Below, piece by piece: positions 24,912 through 36,971 of a DNA stretch of 64,000 bases; position 1 is the first letter of the stretch; the number at the start of each line of letters is the position of its first letter. Under the pieces are notes generated by a model. That model saw only the letters and a program-made list of their open reading frames with translations. It did no database searches and was not told the origin of the DNA. Both the position numbers and the translations under genes were made by a program. The stretch is from positions 102,426,001-102,490,000 of the forward strand of contig NW_024704742.1 in assembly GCF_018977255.1 (NCBI RefSeq), written 5' to 3'. The stretch comes from Callorhinchus milii (Eukaryota).

Positions 24912-25014
24912 TGTGCATTTATCACATTGAAACATCTCAAGGTTCTTTATATACTGAGTAACTTTGAAGATACTCTTGCAATGTACGCAAACTGGGCATC
25001 TTATCTGTAAGATA

Positions 25015-25375
25015 AATAATAATCCTTGTTTTTGATGTAGCTTTTGTCACATCAGTAGCATATCTCAAACAGCAAAGAATTACCATTTTTCTTGGTAAAT
25101 TCATATCAGGGAGGAATATTAGAGAAGTTGCTAGGAAAAATCAATACTCATCTTCAAAATGGTCTCACTAATTTAAAGTCCACCTGAACCACTTATATAG
25201 GTGGATGAAGCAGTGCAATATTTATTCCAAAGGATGGAACATCCAACAGTACAGTTCTCCTAGCACTGGAGTATTAGTTCAGATTTACTTACATCGAAAT
25301 TCTGATGTGTGGGGCTTGAATCCAGGTCTTTGACTGCAAGGTATGAGTGATGACATCTGAGCTGAATTGACACCT
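25015..25375 (-). mobile_element. Deu-domain SINE (family B), degraded
   Basis: TTTAAAGTCCACCTGAAC...GCACTGGAGTATTAG...GTGGGGCTTGAATCC...TGAGCTG. Confidence 0.6.
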
Positions 25376-26109
25376 AACTTGCTGTTAGGGAGCCTGAAAT
25401 GGAGCGAATAGATGAACAGGTGGTTGGTTGAAGCAGAAGACAATGGCTGGCAGCTAGAAGGAGTCTGCTGGCAGCCATGCTGTATTCATTAGTACTGAGA
25501 TTATTCGTGTTGCTGCTTTCAGCTTCAAGAAGCATTCGTGGACTGGGGAGTCCTACAGGGTATGAGCATCTGTTGGCCGTCTAACCAGAACGTAGCTTGT
25601 ACCATTGCCACAGATGACATTTGCAGATCGCAATCAAAACTTGTAGGATTGTTGTTGCCATTAGACCAGCATTGCAGAGTATTGCTTGGTGGACCTGACA
25701 CATACTTTAACATGGTCCTCCTTGGTTTCTTAAAACTTATGCAATCAATAACTTTGATATTTACAGGAACCTCTGGAGACTGTGAGTCAATTATAGAACC
25801 ATCAGCAACAAATTGTTGTGACTTGGAGACAAAACTTCTGAGGTGTGGCAGATTTGAGCTAGAGCTCTTTACATATGCTAGTGCATTTGCTGCACGTTTT
25901 TTCCATTTTAAAGTTTGAAGCAAAACGAAAAAGCATGCAGAATGATAGTGATATCTTAAATACCTTAACAGGCAGGTGGGACCTCAGTTTAACATATCAT
26001 CCACTTCCAAAAATGCAGGGTTCCCCAGCACTACTGAAATATAAGCCATAAGTTCCGACATGGGACTTGAACCCACAAACAAGAATGAACTTTAAGATCC
26101 TTTCCTTCA

Positions 26110-26290
26110 AACGGCACCATGGCATTGCTTCACCATACTTCACGGAACCTGGTGCAGGAGAAGACATAGGCTTCAGAGTTCTGGATGGCCTACAGCTTAT
26201 GTAGGGAAGAGTATGGGGAGTCTGGTGAGGAGGGTATTGGAATAAAAATCTGGACATGATGAAGATGTGAATGAGAGTCCTGCCCTCGTC
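26110..26290 (-). mobile_element. L2 fragment, degraded
   Basis: TLIHIFIMSR and KLQAIQNSEA-like coding on the reverse strand. Confidence 0.55.
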
Positions 26291-26602
26291 TTCCAGGACA
26301 CTGGTGCCCTCTGGGTTTAAATTGACCACAAAGTGAGACATACTAGTGGGATTGACCAGAATGATTTTACCCATTTTACCAATCCGTGTGTCAATTAACA
26401 TAGTTTATACGACTAAATGTGGAGTTTATACTCTAGGAAATCCCTGAATTCAAATGCCTAACCACAATTAAAAACCAGAATCCTGACCAAATAGAGACCA
26501 TTTCCTGGGTGTTTGTCTTGGCAAGTGTTCAAATGACGGGAAGAAGCCAGCCGTGCGGAATCAGAAGCCAGGAAGAGAGTGGTGATTGCAGGTAAATGCT
26601 TA

Positions 26603-26780
26603 AATAATATTAATATTAATAATCCTTTCATTTAATATAGTGCCTCATCCCATCATTCAGATGTCTCAAAGTGCTTCACAGAATATATTGTAAAGTGAAT
26701 TGACTGTGTATTTTGTGAGTGAAATATGGCAGGCAATTGCGCACAGGAGTGTCCCACAAGCAGTCATGGATTGAGTGTCT
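26603..26780 (-). mobile_element. SINE family A 3' half
   Basis: GTCTCAAAGTGCTTCACAGAATATATTGTAAAGTGAATTGACTG...CAATTGCGCACAG...GTCCCACAAGCAGTCATGGATTGAG. Confidence 0.85.
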
Positions 26781-27379
26781 ATTTTTTTAGAGAGAGGGGT
26801 GTTAATTAAGCAAGTAACAAATTTGCAGATATTTTTGAAGTGTTCTTGTCTCAATTGACACAGGGAACATTTTAACTCATCCTGAAAATGTTGCCGCATT
26901 TTTCATTTCTGTGCATCATTTGCCTTAGAAAGCAATGGGATATCAAACCAAAATGAATGAGCTGTCTGATTACAATACTTATAAAGTTAATGTTGTTTTA
27001 CCAACAATAATAATGTTGTCTCTTCCACACAAAGTTATCTGTTCTTTGCATGACTATCAAATTGCACTGTTGCTTTTATCCACTTGAACTTGCAGCCCAA
27101 TCAGAAAAGAGAAAACATGGAGCCATATGCACCTAAACCAATAGCTACTGGAAAGTTTGAGGAACTGAGTTCAACAAATGTAATCAATAAGGGTCCGAGA
27201 CAAATTTCTAGAAATGAACAGACTGAACCAACACTAATCTAAGAGATTGGAAAAGCAGCAGGCCTTTGGAATGAAAATAACTTATCTCGCAGTCACTCTG
27301 GTAGTGGGGACATCACTCATTATTCATAGTCTAATCCGTGCACTTCTATTTGCAGTGGAACAGTAGGACATTGTACATA

Positions 27380-27690
27380 GGAGTATCAGAATATACAGGA
27401 CCATTGAGGTTCATCTATCCAGTCCCAAGCAAAAATACTCCTAGTCTTTCCATCAGAGACTCTTCATTGGTTTATTTATCAAATAGTTATCAATTCTCTA
27501 TGAAATTTGATGAAACAGTCTGCCCCCTGGGTAATCCGTTCCACTTGTTCACCAATCTCTGCACACAGTTTGGTAGAGTCCATCCAATAAGACAAAATGT
27601 TACAATTTGCCCCTGCACTTCCACAGAGCTAAAGTCATGCTGTGATGGGCAGAGGTTTCTCTGCATAAACCATAATTCCCAATAATTCTT
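27380..27690 (-). mobile_element. CR1 3' fragment, degraded
   Basis: QRLVNKWNGLP coding; GGACTGGATAGATGAACCTCAATGGTCC 3' UTR-like sequence. Confidence 0.6.
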
Positions 27691-27699
27691 GCTATTAAT

Positions 27700-27920
27700 G
27701 TGGAGGATTGTTGGCCATAGCACCATTAGAAACTCTCTTCTCTTTTCAAATAATATTGTGGAATTTGTAACATCCTGAACTAGTAGACCGTTCAGTTTAA
27801 TGACTCATGTGGAGGACAGTAACTCCAAAAATGCAGCACTCCCCCAGTGCTGCCCTGGAATGTCAGCTCAGAGTCGGAAGACCCATAGTCTTCTGATCAA
27901 GGGGCAAGAGCCAAACTGAC
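27700..27920 (-). mobile_element. Deu-domain SINE (family B), degraded
   Basis: CAGTTTAATGACTCAT...ATGCAGCACTCCCCCAGTGCTGCCCTGGAATGTCAGC...CCCATAGTCTTCTGA. Confidence 0.6.
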
Positions 27921-28737
27921 ATGCTTGTTGCAAAATGCTTTTTTCCTAGGTGTGATGCACTAGTAATATTACTACTATACAGAGGATTGCTTCCATCACT
28001 CCCCCAAATTTCCCCAACACTGCATTGGAGTGTCAGCCTGGACTACGAGCTTGAGGTGGAACACAGTCCTTCTTATATTTCTGACGGAACAGGATGCACC
28101 ATGTTTATATTATTCAAGCACCTGCTTTAGAAGCAGCTCTGAAAGGCTGGCGATCGAGAATCCATCCTTTCCACTGAGACATCCTTTCCACTACACACAA
28201 ACTTTCCCTCCCTGGTGTTTGGGGAAGGTCTTTACACGTTAAATTAGGATGTGGTGGCACTGATAATGATGGAGGTCATACTCAGCCCACCACAGCCAGC
28301 CAGAAAACGTCTGTCCTTCGAATTGCCAAGAAGACCACATTCTTGGCCCTGCCAGATTTAGTTTATGGCATTCGGCCAAACTCAGGCTCCTAGCAATACT
28401 GTCGAGGCAAACACACCATGAGAAAATTTATTGTGCTTTTCTTTGCAGAATAAATCATTTTTACTTCCTGAAGTCTGAAAAAGGTTTGCTTTCTCCCCAC
28501 CCTTTGGATACCAGTGGCCAGAAACAATCAGGCCCCACAGTTTAGAAAAAGGTAACTGTTGCATATTACTTTAATGATTGAATTGGCAATTGGACATTGG
28601 CAATGAGAACCAAACAAGTATAAAAGAATTCTAGGAAAGTGAGTGGGTAGATTGTGGAAGTGTAAGGTTTAAATAAAGGAACTAGTAAATCTAAACTGTG
28701 TTTTGGATTTACAAATATTATAGTAACAATGATCCAT

Positions 28738-28900
28738 AGCACCAGAGAGATTGACAGTACAGAAGAAGGCCATTCAGCACATAATTTCTGTGCTGGCTTT
28801 TTGAAAGAGCAATCCATGTTGTCTTGTTTACCTGCTTTTTCTTCCTAGATTTGCAAATCATTCCTTTATTTGATATCTACCTGGTTCCCTCTTGAATGCG
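28738..28900 (-). mobile_element. CR1 3' end remnant
   Basis: ACAGTACAGAAGAAGGCCATTCAGCACAT...GCTGGCTTTTTGAAAGAGCAATCCA on the plus strand, same family as 12000-12130. Confidence 0.7.
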
Positions 28901-29679
28901 GATCTGCCTTGCCCACTGCACCCTACTTACTTGGTAGGATGACAGATAAAGAGTGGACACTTGGCTGAGGTACTGGTGAGTGGCTTATGCTCAATGAAGT
29001 GTATATTACACTGACTGCTTTTACACAGTGTGTTTGTTAACAAGGTCTTATAATCAACCATGAGGTGAATGAGCAATTAATCTGGGGTTTGTTATTCCAT
29101 TTCAGTGCAGGGAATCTCTCATGCTAATACAATTGCAGTTATTCACAGTTTCTGCCTATTTCAGGTCACCCAATTTAATCCATACCAAAAGAGATTTATT
29201 GCCTGTTTTTGTGCATCTGAATAGGTCACCTGCCCGTACTCTTCATCAGAAAACATTCCTATGAATTCCATGTAGGAACAACATTGACAATTCAGTAAAC
29301 ATATCCACTGATAGAATAGGAGCACATTAGGAGGTACAAATTATTTATCTCTTAGCAATGATGGTGAACATGTGTAGTCAGTGTATTTTTAAACCTATGC
29401 ACTTAACTACCTATGTCTGTTTCCAATTTTAGCCCTATTAGTGCCAAATCAATTGGAACAACTGGGATTGGTGGAAATTTTAGTCACACTCTTCAGGTTG
29501 TTAACCATCTGGACAGAAGTTTCAGTGGATTTCCAATGAAAGATTCTGTGTGGATGTCTCACTGTTGAATTGACTTGAAATTAGATACAAATCAAAGTAC
29601 TGTATATTGTAAGTAAAGCTATAAAGTATGTGGACTCTGTGGATCTGTTAGAAATTGCCTAAAGGATAATTGAAAAATA

Positions 29680-30650
29680 TCTAGAAGTTTCCAATGTCCA
29701 AACAATGTGAGGCAATAATAAAGGAAAATAGGATGTCAGGCTAGATTGCTTAATCAGTTGAATTTAGATCCTCAAAAGTCACATACTAAAGCTACATAGT
29801 GTTCTTCTCAGCTGGTGTACTGTGTACTAGTCACTGTGACTAGAAGATGTCTGTGCAGGGGGCATCCTATGAAGACTTCTCATACCCAGAGGAGAGTGAT
29901 TAGACCAATCCTCGGTATTAGATGAGCTTCGAGGAATAACCAGATATACTAGGAGTCTCCAGCTCTGATAAGAAACAACTTGGAGAGAATCTTATAAAGA
30001 TATGTAAGATGCTTTGAGAGAAAGTAAACAACCAGCAAAACAATTACATTGATATAGTGTCTTTTATGTCAGGAGGATGTCTCAAAGCACTACATACAAA
30101 CTGACTGGGAGCTGGGGTGGCCAAAAGCATGGTAAATAAAAGATGTAATGTGGGATTTGAAGGTGGGAAGGGAGAAGGTAGGGCAGAAGGAAGGAAGGAA
30201 ATCCAGAGAACAAAGGCAAAATGGTTGAAAGCTTGCCCACTGACTGTGGGGCATATTGGGTGGGGGACATGAAGCAAGCTGGTCCTCACTGAGCAGAGGG
30301 TCTGTAGAGCCACAGCAGGTCACAAAGTTAGAATGGGTTGAGGCCATGGAAGGATTCAAAGTGAAAACAAGTCAAAATAATACTTTCAGAAACACTAAAG
30401 CAGTGAGACAAGGTAGCTTGAGTTCAATGTGACAAAGGCAATTTCAAGACCAACTTGGAAGTATTGTTTCATACCAATACCAAATAGCAGTTAGAACAGG
30501 ATACCTGAAAGGGTGTTAGAGGCTTAGAGGATGCAACACTGTGCTTGTTTTTTTTTAAAAGATGGTTGATGATGTAACAGAAAGATGGTAGGATGGGTAT
30601 TCAGGAAGGATGAGATCAAATGGGCCAAACTTCTTCTGAATCTCGTTCTG
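29680..30650 (+). mobile_element. Old CR1 fragment interrupted by an L2 piece
   Basis: Degraded CR1 RT C-terminal text (CTCCAGCTCTGATAAGAAACAACTTGGAGAGAATCTTATAAAGATATGTAAGAT) resumes after 30380 towards a CR1-type 3' end. Confidence 0.5.
30033..30370 (-). mobile_element. L2 LINE 3' end
   Basis: LLHVPHPICPTVSGQAFNH and PTFKSH coding; tail GTGCTTTGAGACATCCTCCTGACATAAAAGACACTATATC. Confidence 0.8.
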
Positions 30651-31244
30651 ACCCTGGCTGAAGCTTTGGTTTCTGCTGTTCGGCATCTGTTCTACTAGCA
30701 TCAATCTGGCTGAGGGCAGATGGTTCCCTTATGGTTGGCTGCAATCTCTAATATTTGACAGCTCTGAATACTGACCTGCTTGGGCTGTTGATCCCATTGC
30801 CAAACATTGTCGCACTTTGAGCTTAGGGATTTAGACACATAGGCACGGAGGGGTACCAAATTAGTGATGATTCTATGGGAACCACCTTGTCAATTATTAA
30901 TTTTTCCATATAGTAGCTATGTCTTAGTCTAGAACAACATTAACCTCAGAGTGAGATAGGAATGCTCCTCAACCAGGTACCAACCTTTGACCTATTATAT
31001 GATCAATAGCACTATTTCCTTGAATACTTGTATTTTGAAGAGCAAGACCCTGACATCTGTACCCAATCTGAGCTTTTGGTGATGGTTTTGCTTTGTGCTA
31101 ACCTAGCAATTTACCCCTACATACATTCTCACCAACAATCCTCCAGGAAAAAGTGTTGTGGTTGTGTTGTAGGATTTTGCTGTGAGCAAAATGGCTGTCG
31201 TTTTACCTACAACTACACTGTCACTATGCTTGGCAGCAATCAAA

Positions 31245-32662
31245 CTACCACCCCATCTCCAACCTTCCTTTCCTCTCCAAGATCCTGGAATTAGTTTTTT
31301 CTTTCCAGCTTCGCTCCTTCCTCTCCGGCCACTCCCTTCATGAACCCCTCCAATCGGATTTCCATGCCACCCACAGCACAGAAACAGCCCTGGTCAAAAA
31401 TGAGATTCTGTCCATCTGCGACCAGGGCTCCCTCTCCTTCCTCGTCCTCCTTGACCTCTCTGCTGCCTTCACCACTGTCGATCACTCTATGCTCATCCAC
31501 AGCCTCTACTCTCACCTCAAGCTCACGGCTCTGTCCTTGACTGGTTCAGATCATACCTCTCACACCGCCTCTACTTCATCTCCACAAACAGCCTCCGCTC
31601 CATCTCATGCGGCGTTCCTCAGGCTCTGTCCTTGGTCCCCTTCTCTTCAATATCTTTATGCTCCCTCTTGGTGACATCATCCGCAGACATGGGGTCAACT
31701 TCCACATGTATGCAGATGACTCCCAACTCTACCTCTCTATCTCCACCCTGGACTCCAGGACCACTGCTGTCCTGACAGAATGTCTGTCAGACATCAAGTC
31801 CTGGATGAGAACTAACTTTCTTCAGTTGAACGTTAACAAGACCGAGGCCCTCCTGATTGGCTCCCGTCAGAGCCTCCACACCTCAGACACTGACAGCATC
31901 ACCATTCATGGATGCACACTCCACCTTGCTAAGTCAGTGTGGAACCTTGGCATCTTGGTTGACCCTCAACTTTCCTTTCTGCCCTACATCTGTACCATGA
32001 CCCGCTCTGCCTTCTCCCACCTCCACAACGTAGCCCGGCTCCGCCACTGTCTCACACCGCAGGCCGCCAAAACCCTCATACATGCTTTCGTTACATCGAA
32101 GCTCGACTATGCAAACTCATTGCTTGTCGGCCTCCCCGTCTCCTTCCTCCACAGGCTGCAGATCATCCAGAATTCCGGAGCCCATGTCCTCTCCCACACC
32201 ATGCTCCGTGACCCTATCACCCCCATCCTTGCCCAACTCCACTGGCTTCCCATCACACAGAGGATACAGTTCAAGATCCTGATCCTCACCTTCAAAGCTT
32301 TCCACAGTCTTGCTCCTTCCTACCTCTGCGACCTCCTAACCCCCTACCATCCTGCCCACTCCCTCCGCTCAGCGGGCTCCGGTCTACTTCATGTGCTACT
32401 ATTGGTGGGCGGGCGTTCTGCTAATCTGCGCCCCCCTCTAGACTCCATCCTGCAGTCCCTCCGCCTCACCCACTCCCTTGCCTCCTTCAAAATCCATCTC
32501 AAGACCTTCCTCTTCAACTGTGCTTTCGATCTCCCTGCTTCCCCCCCTAAACTCCCCCCTTCCCAATCCAGACCCCCAGTTCGGGTCCAAAACTTTGACT
32601 GTCCCTCGCCTTGGGATGTCCTCCCGATGTGAAAAGCGCTATACAAATTTAATTTTGTTGTT
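31245..32662 (+). mobile_element. L2 LINE, 5'-truncated, RT domain to 3' tail
   Basis: [19 protein letters not shown] and LVLLDLSAAF upstream (frameshifted); tail TTGGGATGTCCTCCCGATGTGAAAAGCGCTATACAAAT. Confidence 0.95.
31607..32632 (+). pseudogene. L2 ORF2 reverse transcriptase C-terminal half, 341-codon open frame
   Basis: GSVLGPLLFNIFMLPLG, FHMYADDSQLY (catalytic YADD), LQLNVNKTE, SKLDYANSLL, LHWLPI, FKIHLKTFLF. Upstream RT motifs are out of frame, so it cannot be autonomous. Confidence 0.9.
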
Positions 32663-33440
32663 AAATGTGAAGTAGTTTGAGAGGTTTCAACTTCATAGCT
32701 ACTACATCAAGTTATTACTATGTTCTGGATGACAGGTGAGTATTCAGGTGCTGATGACACAATATCATATATTGCTGAAGGAGCCTGGTGTCTGAGCTGG
32801 TGGATGATGTAGATGTGCCTGGGTTTGGCATGGTGTACTGTGTACTGTTGTTCAACTCCAGATGGTTCTGTTGATCTGTGGAGAGAAAGCAGCTATGTAT
32901 TAATAGTCCATTACATTGCCTCATTCCAACAGCAGTAATGAGAACATCCCATGTACTGACAAACAGTTGCTATATGACATAACGCCAAGCATCAGCGCTG
33001 CTCCCTTCTATTAATAGATGCAAACATTCTGATAGATTAAGTTGTTCCTGAAGACTTTAAGGGAATGAGGTAGTTCTTTACCAGTCAATAGTGGAGGTTG
33101 TGGACAAGCTGCATAGCCCCTGCCCCCAACTTCGACGTTCTAGACTGTAATGTGAAGCACTGAGATGTTTCAATAATGTGATAAGGCACTATATCAAATG
33201 CAAGGATCATTATTACTTCATTATTATTTTATTATTCTTATTGATAACTATTTTGGCCAAGGAATCATTAAGTGGACACATCAGAATATGCATCAAGTGT
33301 AGAATAAGCTTTTCTTATAGCTAGTCTAGCTGGTTTCTGATTTTAATGGGTTAAAAAGTAGTCAGGTTTTCCAATTGTTTCCAAATTGAAGGAAATTCAG
33401 TTCTCATTATAACCCATCATTTCTTTAAATAATATAATAT

Positions 33441-33753
33441 ATAATAATAATCCTTGCATTTGATATAGAGCTTTTCACGTCTTCTAGACATCTCAAAGTG
33501 CTTCACAGAACAGACTGTAAAATGAATTGACTGTATACTTGTGGGCAAAATGCGGCAGCCAATTGCGCCCAGCAGTGTCTCACAAACAGTCGTGGGGCTT
33601 GAAGTGACCGATTTTTATTGGGTTTTTTTCTTGAGGGACTATTATAAGGCATGTAGAGTAAGGAAACTTGCCAAAGGTTTCACTCTGCCGGGAATCGAAC
33701 CCAGGTCTCTCACTTGCAAAGTGAGTGCTCTAACCACTGAGCTACAGGACTCC
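33441..33753 (-). mobile_element. SINE family A, short subtype
   Basis: Complete head, TAGAA loop, (ATT)n tail. Confidence 0.92.
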
Positions 33754-33810
33754 AAATCATTTTGAACTACAAAACTGGTCACCTTCCGGGTCATAAAAAG
33801 TATGTTACTA

Positions 33811-33940
33811 CTAGTAAATAGGAACCCGGTTGTTAGTCAATTGACATATCACTTTTCCAGGGGTAATAAACATTTTTAAAAAAAATTGGTTACTCAATCC
33901 ACGACTGTTTGTGGGAAACTGCTGTGCACAATTGGCTGCC
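33811..33940 (+). mobile_element. SINE family A long-subtype middle fragment
   Basis: AGTAAATAGGAACCCGGTTGTTAGTCAATTG...CTTTTCCAGGGGTAATAA...CCACGACTGTTTGTGGGAAACTGCTGTGCACAATTGGCTGCC. Confidence 0.85.
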
Positions 33941-35287
33941 TCCGTCTCCTCTGTCCACCTTCCCATACATCGCCCATCCTCTCCTCAAACTCCAACTGTG
34001 AGGAGATACTGGACTTTCTCAAATCTAAAATCGAGGGGATATGTTCAGCCACCTCAACCCCGTCCCCCGACACCCCCACATCACCTCTCCCTCATGACCC
34101 ATCCCCACCCATCGCCCCCTATACTCCATCGACCCTATCTCTCCCTCCCCACGACTGTCCGCAAACTCAAACCCACCAACTGCTCCCTCGACCCCCAACC
34201 CCACCCCTCTCCTCGTCTCCCAGCTCCACCTTCTGGCCCCTCTCCTGTCCGATGTCATCAACTTCTCCTTGTCTATCGGTTCTGTTCCCAACCCCCTAAA
34301 AACAGCAGTCATCACCCCCATCCTGAAGAAACCTTCCCTGGATCCACCCCTACTCTCCAGCTACCGCCCCATCTCTAACCTCCCATTCCTCTCCAAGGTC
34401 ATGGAATGAGTCGTCGAGTCCCAGCTCCGCTCCTTTCTCTCTCGCTATTCCCTCTATGAACCCTTCAATCTGGCTTCCGCGCTGCCCACAGCACGGAAAC
34501 AGCCCTGTCGGACATCAAGTCCTGGATGAGAGCAAATTTCCTACAGCTGAATGTGAACAAGACTGAGGCCCTCCTGATCGACTCGCGCCAGCGCCTCAGC
34601 ACCTCAGGCTCTGGCAGCATCAACCTCCTCAGCTGCACACTACAACTCACCAGCCACTCAGGAGCCTAGGTGTCTTGTTTGACCCTCAACTGTCTTTTCT
34701 CCCCCACATTCAAGCCATGACCGGCTCTGCCTTCGCTCACATCCGTAACATCGCCCGACTCCGCCACTACCTCACCCCTCAGGCCACTGAAACTCTTGTT
34801 CATGCCTTCATCACCTCCGGACTCGACTATGCAAACTCCCTGCTTGTCAGCCTTCCCAACTCCTCCCTCCACAGGCTGCAGATAATCCAGAACTCTGCAG
34901 CCCGTGTCCTCTCCCGCACCAAACTCCGTGACCCCATCTCCCCCACTCTCGCCTGACTCCATTGGCTCCCTATCCTTCAGAGGATTCAGTTCAAGATCCT
35001 GGTCCTTACATACAAAGCCCTCCGTGGCCTCGCCCCATTTTACCACTACGACCTCCTAACCCCCTACCAACCCGCCCATCCCCTCCGCTCAGCCGGCTCT
35101 GGCCTGCTCCACGTACCCTAACCGACCCGCCCCACCATTGGTGGAAGAGCCTTCAGCCACTCCGCCCCCAACCTCTGGAATTCCATCCCTCAGTCACTCC
35201 GCCTCACCCCCTCCTTAGCCTCCTTCAAGTCCCACCTCAAGACCCTCCTCTTTGACCATGCCATCGGCCTCCCCTCCCTTCCCCCCG
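33941..35287 (+). mobile_element. L2 LINE fragment with the RT core deleted
   Basis: LKKPSLDP...[13 protein letters not shown]...HSTETAL joins directly to SDIKSWMRANFLQLNVNKTE; then FDPQLSFLPHI, GLDYANSLL, FKSHLKTLLF. Confidence 0.92.
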
Positions 35288-35354
35288 GCACTATATCAAA
35301 ATACAAGGACTATTATTATAATGTCACTATGGATGTCACTGAACATGTGTGCTA

Positions 35355-35492
35355 TCTCTATGTTTGTGGGATATTTCTTGTGCACAAAACACACAATCAC
35401 TGCCCTTTACAGTATATATCCTGTGAAGCACTTTGGGACATCCTCCAGACATGAAAAGTGCAATAACAAATGTAATATTTATTATTTTTATT
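35355..35492 (+). mobile_element. SINE 3' fragment
   Basis: TGTTTGTGGGATAT...CTGTGAAGCACTTTGGGACATCCTCCAGACATGAAAAGTGCAATA plus ATT-rich tail. Confidence 0.7.
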
Positions 35493-36276
35493 ATCCCCTG
35501 TCAATTCTACTCATAACAGATGCGCAGACCGCATGGGGTCAATCTCACTTTTTTAACCCACACATGGCAGCTGTTGCTCATCCCAATGTGTTTGCACAGG
35601 ATTCTACAACAAACAATCGTTTTTATAAGATTAAGGCCTCTATTTATTCCTTGTGTTTAAAGAGTAATTCTGTAACCTCAGCCAGAATCTTACCCAGTGA
35701 AGACCTTCAATGACTAACTCCTTGCTAGATGCACAATTTCAGATCAACACAGTGGTTCATCTGATATGTAATGCATTGAATGGAGCCTGCTGTCATTCTC
35801 CCGACACGCCTTATTGCACCCCTGTAGCCAATGTGCCGGTATTATAATCAGAGCAAATGCTGGATTAGCCCATGATTATGCAAATCAGGCCACTGGAAAA
35901 GGTTCTCTGAACATTTTTTCACAAGTACAGTCAGTGCATCTTTAAGAAGATGCTTTTTTGGAAAGAAAATCATGTTAATCGTTTGTGAATAAATAATCCT
36001 TGCATTTGATACACTGCCTTTCACAGCTGGTGGACATCTCAAAGAGACTCACACAAAAGTGTAGTGCCTGTGCACATAGAGGCATTGCTGGCATGTTAAA
36101 CCCATGTGCAGCACACGCGAAAATACTGTCTTTTTTATATATCGAAAACAAATTTCACGAGACCAGCTTGATAAGACACAGAAGCTCCCACTAAGCTTTG
36201 ATTTGCAATCGGTTTGAAATGCAGCATCTTAAGAAACATTTCAGAAATAGTTTTCTGCTGTAAGGATTGTAGTTTC

Positions 36277-36971
36277 AGGCGCTGACAGCATCAGCATCCA
36301 AGGCTGCACTCTCCACCTCTCAAAGCCAGTCAGGAACCTCGGCGTTTTGTTCGACCCTGAGCTGTCCTTTCTCCCTCACATCCGCACCACAACTGGCACC
36401 GCCTTCCATTACCTCCGGAACATCGCCAGACTACGGCACTACCTCCCCTCACGCTGCTGAAACCCTGGTCCACGCCTTCGTCACCTCAAGGCTGGACTAT
36501 GGGAACTCTCTCCTCGCCGGCCTTCCCGGCACCTCCCTCCACAAGCTGCAGGTCATTCAGAACTCTGCAGCTCGTGTACTGTCCCGCACCAGGCTTCGCG
36601 ACCACATCACTCCCACCCTCGCTCGCCTCCACTGGCTCCCCATCCCCCAGAGGATTGATTTCAAGATCCTCATCCTCACCTATAAGGCCATCCACGGCCT
36701 TGCTCCCTCCTACCTCTCAAAACTACCATCTCAAAACCTTTCTCTTTGACCGAGCCTTCAGCTCCCCTCTCGACTCTCTTCCCCCTCCTCGCTCCCTCCC
36801 TTCCCTCCCCTCACCCTGACCATTTTCCCCCCTCCTCGCTCCCTCTCTTCCCTCCCCTCACCCTGACCATTTCCCCTCTGCTCGGGTCCTGACCCAACTG
36901 TGCAGCGCCTTGGGACGTCCTCCTGACGTGAAAGGCGCTTTATAAATGGAATCTTGTTGTTGTTGTTGTTG
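36277..36971 (+). mobile_element. L2 LINE 3' fragment, same subfamily as 9594-10557
   Basis: Closely matches 9753-10557; has an internal deletion near 36718 and an approximately 46-bp tandem duplication in the C-rich 3' UTR; (TTG)n tail. Confidence 0.93.
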
